A stretch of DNA of 57,549 bases from a virus (taxonomy: Duplodnaviria; Caudoviricetes): positions 1-57,549 of IMG/VR virus record IMGVR_UViG_3300025000_000120, one strand, 5' to 3'. This document shows, one piece after another, positions 10,001-18,524 of this stretch; within the stretch, counting starts at the first letter, position 1, and each line of letters opens with the position of its first letter. The notes under the pieces are model-generated. The model had not been told where the DNA came from. It was given only the letters and a program-made list of their open reading frames with translations, and did not search any database. Both the position numbers and the translations under genes were made by a program.

Positions 10001-10988
10001 TATAAACATCAAGACAATGTTTAGCTATGGCTCCAAGCTCAAAGTCTATTTGGGACATTAGGATTTGATATTCTTTTGGCGGTATCTTATTGCCCGATGG
10101 TTTGACATCTATAAGTCTTCGTATAACACCAGACTTAGCATCGGTGATTTTTACCGGCTTATTAGTACCCATGAACAAGAAGGCGTTGAATCGAGTGGTA
10201 TATGACGGCTTATATAATTCCCTAACACTCATTTCTTCGTGGGATACAATAGAGTTTAGTTTGGTGTTATCCTCAATCTTTGATAGGTCGCCATCATGCT
10301 GAATCGCCACAAGCGGGTTAGATTTAAATGCTTCTGTCGAGAAGGTGTTACCTGAAGCAGTAAGCGCTTTGGCTTCGAAGGTGACATAATATCCCATAAA
10401 TAACTTTTGAATGATGTTAAGTATCGTTGACTTACCAGAACCCATTTCTCCATAAAGGACAATAAACTTTTGGATATCTTTTGAATCGCCTGAAACAATA
10501 GCGCCAATTGCCCACTCAAGCTTTTCACGCTCTTCTGGATCATAGAGCGTCCCAATGATCTTGTCGTAGCTATCAATCTTTCCTTTCTCTAATGGATAAT
10601 TTAATCGTTTGCTAACATAGTCTTTTTTATTAACCGTAGTATTAGCAAATGTTAATTGAGTATCCAGTTGCTGGGCATTGTCAGAAATATGCCCAATGTA
10701 ATTTCTAAACTCTGCCCACGAGTTACTAGAGAAATCGCTCATTAACTTTACATTGATTCGATTATCGCTTTTAGCAGTAAGTTCTTTTTGATGCACAACA
10801 AGTTTACCATCTACTAATCTTTGAACGTCATACTCATCGGTGGACCACATTCCTCGATCCTCATCCCAGATAGCATAGAATGATCTTCCTCTAACCATTA
10901 AATCTTTAGATCGACACACTTTAAAATCTGGGAATAATTCTATGACACTATTCTTTGCAGCCCTTTCTTTGATTTGATAAAAATCCAC
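7083..10988 (-). CDS. Fused SF3 helicase - primase - 3'-5' exonuclease - family B DNA polymerase
   Basis: GEMGSGKST Walker A; IVIDFD and SKSGNGLHLHY primase motifs; FFDVE/GFNxxxYD/YCINDV exonuclease; DVGAMHPS, KTALNAAYG and KTDS polymerase motifs. Likely GTG start at 10988, since the longer called ORF runs into the origin repeats. Confidence 0.85.
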   Translation of the reverse strand: MDFYQIKERAAKNSVIELFPDFKVCRSKDLMVRGRSFYAIWDEDRGMWSTDEYDVQRLVDGKLVVHQKELTAKSDNRINVKLMSDFSSNSWAEFRNYIGHISDNAQQLDTQLTFANTTVNKKDYVSKRLNYPLEKGKIDSYDKIIGTLYDPEEREKLEWAIGAIVSGDSKDIQKFIVLYGEMGSGKSTILNIIQKLFMGYYVTFEAKALTASGNTFSTEAFKSNPLVAIQHDGDLSKIEDNTKLNSIVSHEEMSVRELYKPSYTTRFNAFLFMGTNKPVKITDAKSGVIRRLIDVKPSGNKIPPKEYQILMSQIDFELGAIAKHCLDVYRDLGKNYYSSYRPIDMMMQTDIFYNFVECNYDIFKEQDGVSLAQAYAMYKTYCDEALIEYKAPRHKFREELRSYFKTFSEVMRVAGLQVRSYYSGFLGDKLKIVPPVKEEPPNSLLIDCTESIFDTMCAKCPAQYANDQGTPIAKWSEVRTKLNKLDTHQVHYVKVPDNHIVIDFDLKDETGTKSLSKNIDTASKWPATYTELSKSGNGLHLHYIYDGDVTKLSRIYSDDVEVKVFTGNSSLRRKLSTCNNIPVATINSGLPLKEEVMINFDAVKSEKGLRALIKRNLKKEIHPSTKPSLDFIQKILEDAYSSGLAYDVTDMRPSVLAFANNSNNQSDYCVKLVSKIKFKSEEASIPSSDYISDGLVFFDVEVFPNLFVVVWKAVGRDPVRMINPTPADIESILNFKLVGFNCRRYDNHMLYAAYIGYDNAQLYTLSQRIISGSANCMFSEAYGISYTDVYDFASAQNKMSLKKWEIKLGIHHHELGLPWDKPVDPSLWIKVADYCINDVMATETTFNHLSGDWAARQILAELSGLTVNDTTNTHTTKIVFGTNGKPQNELVYTDLSVMFPGYKFENGKSTYRGIEVGEGGFVHGEPGMYANVPVIDVGAMHPSTIEALNYLGPYTKKYSELKQARIAIKHKDLETLKTLLDGRIIPFIKDSQSDNPKFTLKDVSNGLKTALNAAYGLTFARFDNPFKDPRNIDNIIAKRGALFMVDLMFAVQERGFQAAHIKTDSIKIPEATPEIIEFVMQFGKKYGYDFEHENTYEKLCLVNNAVYVAKYSQDEKINGRDAGTWTTTGAQFSQPYVFKTLFSREPIEFEDTCETKSVTTALYLDMNENLPEDEHNYHFVGKVGSFCPIQIGHGGGILLREKDGKYNAASGTKGYRWLESEVVKVLGKQDAVSHSYYMGLVNAAVTDISKFGDYEWFISDDTSRYAVLPCGSTKFTSCLNCPDFDGANLGTCQLGYENLPI

Positions 10989-11021
10989 ATCTCCGCCCTC
11001 TTCTCTCCCCCACTGTCTACC

Positions 11022-11292
11022 TGTTACACTTGTTACGTTTTGAAACACATTTATAAACTTTCTATATATTAATTTTTCTCTTATAAAGGTTAGTGATTTT
11101 TTTTGTTTTCGTAACAGAAAACCCGCAAAGCCCACTCCCCCTAAGGCTAAGGCCTGTTACACTTTTTTTTAAAAACGTCACAACTGTCACAAAAACGTCA
11201 CACTTTTTGCCTTTTTTCGCCCTTTTACACAATTTCTTCAAATATCCAATTTTCAAAAACGTAACAAGTGTAACAAAAACGTCACACTTTTT
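11022..11292. repeat. Candidate replication origin (inverted and direct iteron-like repeats)
   Basis: About 24-bp inverted repeat (11022-11045 and 11251-11275), repeated AAAAACGTCACA and TGTTACAC units, and AT tracts between ligase and primase-polymerase. Confidence 0.6.
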
Positions 11293-11301
11293 TCACCCAT
11301 T

Positions 11302-12243
11302 TTACACAATTCCCTTGAATATTGGACAATTTAGTGATACCATCCCCTTCTTATTTTTAGACTCACCAAAGGATTCCATGTCAACTAACCTACCTAAATA
11401 TGCTTCTCGGTTAGCCCAAATCTCCTCACGCTCCATAATATTTAACCCGGAACCAACACTAACGGCGTGTCCTTTGTAGTCGACAATCAATGATCCAAGC
11501 ATACCCTTAAGTTTACCATCCCCTTCACTAAATGCTATGATCGGTAGAATATGGTCCTTACTCTGTTTAACTTTCAGCAAACCATTGGACCGTTTGAACT
11601 CGTACTTACCATACAAAGTATTCAGCATAACGCCTTCAAAGCCGCGATCCCAGATCTCCTGAGCGTACCCCATTATCTCTTCGTCCGTAGAAGCCACGCC
11701 TAAGATTGGCACAGATCTAATATACTTGAACTTAAAGATCGAGTTGAATGTGGGTTCCACTTTCCTCATAAAGTAGTCGTACGTACCCTGGTCTGTCAGT
11801 AATAAACTAAAGCTCGGGTCCTTCAAAATAGAACAAATATAGATCTTCCTAGCCACTGCGGGTTCTCCACGACCATCAGTTAATACTCCTAATCTGAAGA
11901 ACTCAGCTACCGGAATAGCATCAAATATGTTGAACGTTAACCCACGCTTCATACCTTTAGTAGACGCTATTGCATTAGTAGCCTGACGTAACTCAAGAGC
12001 ATTAGAATATGACCCCATGGCTAGTAACTCTCCATCATATACCATGTTATCTGGAAGATGCAATGCTTCCTGTCTGAGGTCAACTAATCCAGTGTCCTCG
12101 ATACCAGTCCTACTATAAAACTTAGGAGCTCCATCTTTCTTTATCAGTAGGCGTCGTACGCCATCTAATTTTTCAGTAACGATATATGGGCCTTTGTTCT
12201 TACCCTTACTAAATTGTTTTCCTAGCATGACGCCTACGTCCAA
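11302..12243 (-). CDS. ATP-dependent DNA ligase
   Basis: EKLDGVR adenylation motif, YDGEL, FNIFD, EGVML, LLKVK, VGSGL. Confidence 0.9.
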   Translation of the reverse strand: MDVGVMLGKQFSKGKNKGPYIVTEKLDGVRRLLIKKDGAPKFYSRTGIEDTGLVDLRQEALHLPDNMVYDGELLAMGSYSNALELRQATNAIASTKGMKRGLTFNIFDAIPVAEFFRLGVLTDGRGEPAVARKIYICSILKDPSFSLLLTDQGTYDYFMRKVEPTFNSIFKFKYIRSVPILGVASTDEEIMGYAQEIWDRGFEGVMLNTLYGKYEFKRSNGLLKVKQSKDHILPIIAFSEGDGKLKGMLGSLIVDYKGHAVSVGSGLNIMEREEIWANREAYLGRLVDMESFGESKNKKGMVSLNCPIFKGIV

Positions 12244-12265
12244 AGTAGTTCACCTCATCCTTCAT

Positions 12266-12607
12266 TTATAATAATGGTTTTAATACTATTGTTTTTGGGA
12301 GGGACTTATTTAATCCATCCAAGAATCTTTCAGTAACCGTAAGATCATACTTTGCAAAATCCTTTGGTGGAAGTTCTATGCTTTCTACACTAATTCCTAC
12401 TGGTAAATTAAGCATTGGTTTATCTTCCAAAATTACTTCACTATTCTCTATCCAAATCTCATCAAGAATTGTATCCTTGCCGTGAGCTTTTAACTCATCT
12501 AAGAATCTTTGAATAACTTGAAGTTCGTCCAATTTAAAATTCTCAGTGGGCCATTTAACTACATCCTCACCATCATACGCTGGGGATACATAAAATATAA
12601 ACGGCAA
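12266..12607 (-). CDS. Hypothetical protein
   Basis: ORF with GGAGGTG RBS. Confidence 0.6.
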   Translation of the reverse strand: MPFIFYVSPAYDGEDVVKWPTENFKLDELQVIQRFLDELKAHGKDTILDEIWIENSEVILEDKPMLNLPVGISVESIELPPKDFAKYDLTVTERFLDGLNKSLPKTIVLKPLL

Positions 12608-12709
12608 AACAGTTCACCTCCTAGTTATCCATGCCGCTAATAACCTACAATATATATTACAGCTTACGGAGTATGTCGTACAACCATTACAAGGAAACCT
12701 CAAAGTACT

Positions 12710-12898
12710 TCACCCTCTCATAGTGTAATCCGCATTACCCTTAGTGTAACAACCACAATTACCAGGATGACATTTGTGATTATCACACGTAGCTTTATCT
12801 AAGATACATGAAAAAGCACATCTATCCTCGCAATCGTGACAGCACTCAACAATATCGCGTCTTGCCGGTCGAAAGATACTTAACAATTTTTTAAACAT
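12710..12898 (-). CDS. Small Cys-rich protein
   Basis: 62 aa with many Cys; RBS present. Confidence 0.5.
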   Translation of the reverse strand: MFKKLLSIFRPARRDIVECCHDCEDRCAFSCILDKATCDNHKCHPGNCGCYTKGNADYTMRG

Positions 12899-12907
12899 AG
12901 ATTCACC

Positions 12908-13492
12908 TCATCGCCCATAATAGTTCTCTAACAAATATGCATTCAATTGATACCACAATTCAACCTTTCGTTGATCTTGCTTGGCGTGATTTAGTGGAAA
13001 TAGACTTCCTTGACCGTTGCGACGATATGTCCGATCATTGACTTCCCTTAATATCCGATCCACATTCAGATCCCCGTCAATCGCGGTCCACACTTCGTCC
13101 GTAAACTTACTCAATCCAATATTACCCATCATGTCCCAAAACCATTTGGTCATAGGCATGTTGCCATATTGGTCAGCCATAATACTCTCGCATCTATACG
13201 CTAACGCTACTATTAATTCTAGCATGGAGCATTCGTCATTAAAATATTCGCATACATAGCGGATGTTATTCTCATCGCAAAATCTCTCACGTAAATTCGT
13301 TCCTTCATATGCCCGATTGTCATCATTAGGCACTGTCCAAGAGAAATACGTATCTTCGAGCTTCTTCGTGAGTAGAGTATAGCTTCGAGTAGATTGGTTG
13401 GTATTGATTAAGTCACAAAACCAGAAGTGATATGCACTTATCAGTTCGTTCTTAGACATTATGACCGGCTCAGTAAACTTCTTACTTCGCAT
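12908..13492 (-). CDS. Conserved hypothetical phage protein
   Basis: NDDNRA...LRERF and VELWYQLNAY motifs; tight operon spacing. Confidence 0.7.
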   Translation of the reverse strand: MRSKKFTEPVIMSKNELISAYHFWFCDLINTNQSTRSYTLLTKKLEDTYFSWTVPNDDNRAYEGTNLRERFCDENNIRYVCEYFNDECSMLELIVALAYRCESIMADQYGNMPMTKWFWDMMGNIGLSKFTDEVWTAIDGDLNVDRILREVNDRTYRRNGQGSLFPLNHAKQDQRKVELWYQLNAYLLENYYGR

Positions 13493-13497
13493 TTATT

Positions 13498-14076
13498 TTA
13501 AGTCTCCTCCCCTGAGACTACTACTGAGAATTTCTTATCTAAGAAAACGATCTCGTAGTCAGTCTGTAGTATTTCATTACGTACGTACACTGCGTGAGTA
13601 TCTCTTGCATCCACACCAAAATATGAATGCACATCGCCAACCAATACCATGTGGTTAGTAACTTCATCTGACTGATCATCACATAATATTCGATCCTTAC
13701 CGTAGTAATATAGGATCTCCTTCTCGTGATCGTCACATTCAAATGAGAATGCTTGAGTTGATATCACGTATGGATATGGATTAACGTCACCATTAATGTT
13801 ACTGTCTTCCTCCTCCGCGTCTTCCTGCTGAGTGTCGTATCGTTTAGCCAAGCCAGTGTATTCTTTCCGCATGAGCCTCAGTTTACTAACCTGGCCTGTA
13901 ATACTGCCTTCTGGATCTCCGTGATCCGCAGAAACACGAGCCTTAGACCCCAGCTCAATATCATCCAGTCGCTCCTGTACTCGTTCTTCAAAGGAGTCTT
14001 TCAAAGCCATGTTAGCGCCGATTACCCCAAAACCAAAACCTAGTGCAAATATAAGTACGCCTTTAAATACCGTCAT
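13498..14076 (-). CDS. Membrane-anchored hypothetical protein
   Basis: N-terminal TM helix; PYVIS and VYVRN motifs. Confidence 0.7.
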   Translation of the reverse strand: MTVFKGVLIFALGFGFGVIGANMALKDSFEERVQERLDDIELGSKARVSADHGDPEGSITGQVSKLRLMRKEYTGLAKRYDTQQEDAEEEDSNINGDVNPYPYVISTQAFSFECDDHEKEILYYYGKDRILCDDQSDEVTNHMVLVGDVHSYFGVDARDTHAVYVRNEILQTDYEIVFLDKKFSVVVSGEET

Positions 14077-14407
14077 TGTTTAAAACCTCTTCCTTTTCTG
14101 TAGTTACTCTTTTTACACGGGGTTTTTTCTCAACGGGTGACTTTATTGCATTAATCTCAGCATTTACACGTGCAATTTCAGCTCTCGTTCGCACTCTATA
14201 ATCTGAATGATCATTAATCATCGCAGCTTCCCGTTCCTGGTAATATGTTTTAAGGTCTAATTCCCTCTCGTCATACTCTGCTTTAATACATGCGTCCCTG
14301 TCAGCATCGATTTGGTTAAGTTGCTTGGCATAGAGCACATACATACTTCCCGCACCAGCAACTATACCAATACCAATCCCGATTAATACCAATCCGATCT
14401 TATTCAT
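14063..14407 (-). CDS. Membrane-anchored coiled-coil protein
   Basis: N-terminal TM helix followed by a charged helix. Confidence 0.65.
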   Translation of the reverse strand: MNKIGLVLIGIGIGIVAGAGSMYVLYAKQLNQIDADRDACIKAEYDERELDLKTYYQEREAAMINDHSDYRVRTRAEIARVNAEINAIKSPVEKKPRVKRVTTEKEEVLNNDGI

Positions 14408-14408
14408 T

Positions 14409-14669
14409 TTAATACGTCCTTTCTATAAAATCATAGTAACCATCTTCCTCTTCACCTTCCCGAGGAAATACTACTTCATAAGTAACATCCACTTCCGTTT
14501 GAGATTTAAAATAGAATGTTCCTCGTTTTTGCTTGCACCATAATAACCTACTAGGAGACATGACTCTGAATATATCTATGACTGGGCGTCCCTCTTGGTC
14601 AATAAGCATGTTGTCATACGGATCGTAGTACCAAGAATTAATAATCGGCCGATCATTAACTCTATTCAT
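14409..14669 (-). CDS. Hypothetical protein, paralog 1 of a tandem triplet
   Basis: YxxxNxLIDxxG..DIF..MSP motif shared with neighbours. Confidence 0.7.
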   Translation of the reverse strand: MNRVNDRPIINSWYYDPYDNMLIDQEGRPVIDIFRVMSPSRLLWCKQKRGTFYFKSQTEVDVTYEVVFPREGEEEDGYYDFIERTY

Positions 14670-14934
14670 TTAAGTACATCTGCTCGCGTTCGTATACATA
14701 TAAATCAGGATCTAAAAAGTAGTAATAATCCTCTTCTTCGCCTTCGCGTGGAAATACCACCTCGTATTGGATACCCTTATCTAAATGGCAATCAAAGTAA
14801 TATGTCCCTCTGTGAAGTTTACACCATGCATATTTAGCTGGCGACATAATCTTAAACACATCAATAAAAGGAGTACCTTCCTCATCTATAAGATAATTAT
14901 AATACTCCATATAATAGAAGGATTTAGTTTCCAT
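14662..14934 (-). CDS. Hypothetical protein, paralog 2 of a tandem triplet
   Basis: Start at METKSF; shares YEVVFPREGEEED with 14409-14669. Confidence 0.7.
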   Translation of the reverse strand: METKSFYYMEYYNYLIDEEGTPFIDVFKIMSPAKYAWCKLHRGTYYFDCHLDKGIQYEVVFPREGEEEDYYYFLDPDLYVYEREQMYLNE

Positions 14935-15169
14935 AACGGCTATCTTCCGCGTCATGATATACCAGCACAACAAGATTCCCATGATTATCCCAAACGGACG
15001 TGCTTTGTTTATGATTCTTAAACACCGCCAACCTTGCGGGAGATACGATTCGATGTATGTCATAAATTACTTTCCCGCACTCATCGATCATATAATTCAT
15101 ATCGGCGTCATAATGTAGCTCCGTAATATCAAACGCGCCATAACCCCTACTTGTTTTTACAGCAGCCAT
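14924..15169 (-). CDS. Hypothetical protein, paralog 3 of a tandem triplet
   Basis: YDADMNYMIDECG..DIHRIVSP. Confidence 0.6.
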   Translation of the reverse strand: MAAVKTSRGYGAFDITELHYDADMNYMIDECGKVIYDIHRIVSPARLAVFKNHKQSTSVWDNHGNLVVLVYHDAEDSRYGN

Positions 15170-15301
15170 AGTTATACCACACCTACCCATATCAATGTGT
15201 CAGAAGATATCTTATCATAACATAAATAAGCCAACGCCCACCAATACAGTCGGCTAATGCGTCTAATCCAGTATGTGGTTTTGCTACTTTAACCTTCCAC
15301 A

Positions 15302-15889
15302 TTACGAAGCACCTCCCACTTTAACACCGCACATAGGACAATAATTAATTAAACATGACACGCCATTACTACTAGTTCCGTTCGGATCATACCCAAAAGC
15401 TACGAGTCTATTTGGATGTTGAATAGCTATGCCACGATCGTTGTCGTCAATAATGATTAAAGCGTGTCCACCGTTACAGTGGATGCACGGTTCGGAGGCA
15501 TGTAATATAGGTCTAACTTCGGAATCCCAAAGTTTACGCAACTCTTCTACGGACTCCGCCGATAATGTTTCTTTTTCTAAATGTTTAAGATCAAATGGAC
15601 CAACACCGTCTATATCCGGATACCTTGTTTTCGCCGGGCGATACAGATGACAATTATATCGTACTTCTTCGTACGAAGCCGGTTTGAACTGACAACGAGT
15701 AACCGCACACGTCTTGCAACTAGATAGTTCAGTTATTCGATCTGTAAATATCAACAACTCATCAATTGCATTAGCTGCAGAGTCCGCCATGTCGGATATA
15801 CGAATAGCACCAAAATCGGTGGGTAGCCCTTTGTGTTTTTTAGATATCAACCTCAATTCTTTGGATACGTCAATTGGTGACATTGACAT
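15302..15889 (-). CDS. Hypothetical protein with C-terminal Zn ribbon
   Basis: CxxC...YCPMCG; start at MSMSP after TTGAAAGGGG. Confidence 0.65.
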   Translation of the reverse strand: MSMSPIDVSKELRLISKKHKGLPTDFGAIRISDMADSAANAIDELLIFTDRITELSSCKTCAVTRCQFKPASYEEVRYNCHLYRPAKTRYPDIDGVGPFDLKHLEKETLSAESVEELRKLWDSEVRPILHASEPCIHCNGGHALIIIDDNDRGIAIQHPNRLVAFGYDPNGTSSNGVSCLINYCPMCGVKVGGAS

Positions 15890-15897
15890 TTTAAAAT

Positions 15898-15944
15898 CCC
15901 CTTTCAAGACGCCCACAGGGCGGATTCCGGCTTTTGCCATGATG
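15898..15944 (-). repeat. Twin-hairpin 5' leader element, copy 1
   Basis: CATCATGGCAAAAGCCGGAATCCGCCCTGTGGGCGTCTTGAAAGGGG; homologous to 27701-27750 and 28311-28360. Confidence 0.6.
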
Positions 15945-15957
15945 TTTATTACCATCA

Positions 15958-16545
15958 TTAGATATCATTTGATTTGAATCCATTATTATCCATTCCCATA
16001 ATGATTGGAACTTGAACTCCATCTATAAGGAATATAATACTGTTACACCCATTGATTGATGTAAATGTATTTACTGCCTCGTAGATATACACCATAGCTT
16101 GCGTTGATCCACCTTTATACGCATCTATAAAATCATGCGATAGGTCGAGATAACCTACTCCACCTTCCTTAATTGAAAAATCCAAAACGCTAACACCTTT
16201 AGGCTCATCGGCAAGCATATCCCAAATAGCTTGCGGTGTAGTTTCTTTAATTGTTATAGATTTACCGATTAAATAACCTTGCTCATCGGCGTGATATATT
16301 GTTAAGTTAGTCATTATATCAGGATTAACCGCGATTGGTGTAGGTATTACAATTTCTGGTTTAATTACCGGATCAACACTTACTGGTTGTTGTACTACTT
16401 TTTCATCAACACTTACCGGCTCAATTTCTGTTATTGGCGTTTCTTTAATAACTGACGCAATAGGACTAGTAGGGATGTTTGATTTAGCGCAACCTATATT
16501 TGATAGCGCGATTAACATTATGGTGATTACTAATAACTTCTTCAT
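15958..16545 (-). CDS. Lipoprotein with GerMN-like domain
   Basis: Signal peptide with lipobox-like NIGC, Pro-rich linker, YLDLS...GGST...AVNTFT...FLIDG. Confidence 0.65.
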   Translation of the reverse strand: MKKLLVITIMLIALSNIGCAKSNIPTSPIASVIKETPITEIEPVSVDEKVVQQPVSVDPVIKPEIVIPTPIAVNPDIMTNLTIYHADEQGYLIGKSITIKETTPQAIWDMLADEPKGVSVLDFSIKEGGVGYLDLSHDFIDAYKGGSTQAMVYIYEAVNTFTSINGCNSIIFLIDGVQVPIIMGMDNNGFKSNDI

Positions 16546-16712
16546 AGTATTCCTTTCAATATATGGTTATCGTCGTTCAAAATTGTTTTGATTTGAGTAC
16601 GCACAACCGGTTGCCGCATGTTGGACACATGTCGGATTCCTCAGTAAACATATTTTATCACAGCGTACACATTCGCAACGGTTTGGGCAATCGGGATTCA
16701 TTAGTATGTCAG

Positions 16713-16904
16713 TCATTGCCCCGGTCGGTTTGCACTCCTCCGTCTACCGAGCAAACCTAAAAAGTCAGGATATAACAGATGTCCAATAGCGCCTATTACT
16801 AAGTCCTCAGACTCGCGCTTGGTTATTCGTCGCTTAGGAGCCTTAGGTGGGAGTTTCCCCGCCTTTGCTAATTTGGCTGTAGGGTTATGCTTGTGTTGAC
16901 CCAT
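16713..16904 (-). CDS. Small basic protein
   Basis: MGQHKHNPTA; in operon. Confidence 0.55.
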   Translation of the reverse strand: MGQHKHNPTAKLAKAGKLPPKAPKRRITKRESEDLVIGAIGHLLYPDFLGLLGRRRSANRPGQ

Positions 16905-16905
16905 A

Positions 16906-17172
16906 TTAATTGGCGCTGGTAATTGAGTTGGATTTAGGATTAGACCTCTCGTTTAGCAAGTAGTTGGCCATGTCACTTTTGGAATCCGACTTAACTTCCC
17001 GCTTAGGCGTTATCGAAAACCACCGTACAGTCCGCAGTGGGATATGGCGATTCTGACCAGTAACCAATACCATCCAAAGCAGATCATTACCGGCTCTAAC
17101 TTCGGAGGCTTCAAACTCCTCCAAATATCCATCAGACCAACGTACTGACACATCTTTAATTTCTTGTTTCAT
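16906..17172 (-). CDS. Hypothetical protein
   Basis: RBS and overlap with the upstream stop. Confidence 0.65.
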   Translation of the reverse strand: MKQEIKDVSVRWSDGYLEEFEASEVRAGNDLLWMVLVTGQNRHIPLRTVRWFSITPKREVKSDSKSDMANYLLNERSNPKSNSITSAN

Positions 17173-17606
17173 TTTAAATCCTCCTTCTTCTGACTATATT
17201 CATAGGCTCCAGTTGCAAAATTTCTTGAGTATTGAATTGGCTCGGATAAGTTAAACCCGGCATGTATGAGCAAGGACTCAACCCACTTTTGATCATTCCG
17301 AACAATATCAATTAATGGGACGTCGAGTTGTATAAGGTTATCCTCAACTTCACATCGTTTACCTCTAAGAAAATTAGGTATCTGGATATCTAATCCTACT
17401 TTTAACCCATCGATTATTGATTCCCCGGCATCTTGGGAATTATCAGGCTCACCAATATACTTTTTACATACAACTTCATGGTTGCAACCTATAATAACAA
17501 TGGCTTCGGTAATTTGACCATCACAATTATATAAAGCCTCATCATTTAGATAGGTCTTTACTTGACTACACTTATGGCAGCAACCTTTAAAGTTTATATT
17601 AATCAT
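17169..17606 (-). CDS. Hypothetical protein
   Basis: ORF in operon. Confidence 0.6.
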   Translation of the reverse strand: MININFKGCCHKCSQVKTYLNDEALYNCDGQITEAIVIIGCNHEVVCKKYIGEPDNSQDAGESIIDGLKVGLDIQIPNFLRGKRCEVEDNLIQLDVPLIDIVRNDQKWVESLLIHAGFNLSEPIQYSRNFATGAYEYSQKKEDLK

Positions 17607-17619
17607 CTCGAACCACCCT

Positions 17620-17853
17620 TCAAGATTTTAATAGTTTAGTAATATTAACGTCTAAAGCGTTAGCCACCTTAACTAACGACGAGATACTAGGTACAAAATC
17701 GTAATTCCCACTTTCCCATCGTCTAATCATTTTTTCACCAACGCCAACTAACTTAGCTAAACTTCTCATTGATAAGTCTCGCTTTTGTCTATAATAACTT
17801 ATCTTGGAGGCAATTGTTGACTTTACCAACTCGATATCATTCTTTTCAGACAT
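17620..17853 (-). CDS. XRE-family HTH transcriptional regulator
   Basis: LSMRSLAKLVGVGEKMIRRWESG...PSISSLVKVANALDV. Confidence 0.85.
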   Translation of the reverse strand: MSEKNDIELVKSTIASKISYYRQKRDLSMRSLAKLVGVGEKMIRRWESGNYDFVPSISSLVKVANALDVNITKLLKS

Positions 17854-17938
17854 ACGATTTCAGCCCCTCCCCCTTCTAAAGACTAATAACATTTATATCC
17901 AAATACCAATCACTAAAGATACCACATGCTCTCTAGAC

Positions 17939-18148
17939 TTAACCATCGCCATTCAAATCCTTTATAAATACAGTGTTACCGATATCGTCCATCGTAAAAT
18001 CCATATACCTACAGAACATATATTTCACCCTAAACATTTGACCCGACACAGCAATCACTTCGCCGTGAATGGTTGCTTCATGGCCATTATAAGGTCGGAA
18101 TACCTTAGCCATAACAAGATCGCCGACTTTACACGGTATCATTATCAA
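17939..18148 (-). CDS. Hypothetical protein
   Basis: PCKVGD...IGNTVF motif; GGAGGAG RBS. Confidence 0.6.
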   Translation of the reverse strand: MIMIPCKVGDLVMAKVFRPYNGHEATIHGEVIAVSGQMFRVKYMFCRYMDFTMDDIGNTVFIKDLNGDG

Positions 18149-18159
18149 TCACTCCTCCG

Positions 18160-18366
18160 TCAAATGAGATTGTAGATAGTCTTGGCTACATGTTCTGGAA
18201 TCACAATACCATAATCCATATCGAGGATATACAGTACGTCAATTTCCTTACCATTAATATTAGCTTTAACTATAGCCATTACGTTTGCATGATCTGAACT
18301 ACGCTCTTCAATCTCTAATTCGCCAACACATTTACCGGCATCAAACACTAAAATAGTTTTCTTCAT
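18160..18366 (-). CDS. Hypothetical protein
   Basis: AAAGGAG RBS. Confidence 0.6.
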   Translation of the reverse strand: MKKTILVFDAGKCVGELEIEERSSDHANVMAIVKANINGKEIDVLYILDMDYGIVIPEHVAKTIYNLI

Positions 18367-18460
18367 TTCAAAGCTCCTTTTCTAAAAGAAGACAGGCCAA
18401 AATAAACATGCAGCCTATCATAATGCCTATACTCATTTCGAAGCCTCCTCAAGATACTAA

Positions 18461-18515
18461 TCTACCCCAACCTATAAACATAAATCGGGGTAGTCCATAA
18501 TATCCTTTCAAAATA
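18461..18515 (-). repeat. Hairpin/mini-ORF element, copy 1
   Basis: ATGGACTACCCCGATTTATGTTTATAGGTTGGGGTAG, 14-bp stem; homologous to 19072-19135. Confidence 0.6.
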
Positions 18516-18524
18516 AGATTTCCG

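Noticed and set aside
10989-11256. N-terminal extension of the polymerase ORF and ORF 11062-11256
   Set aside because: They translate origin-like repeats; an RBS-backed GTG exists at 10988
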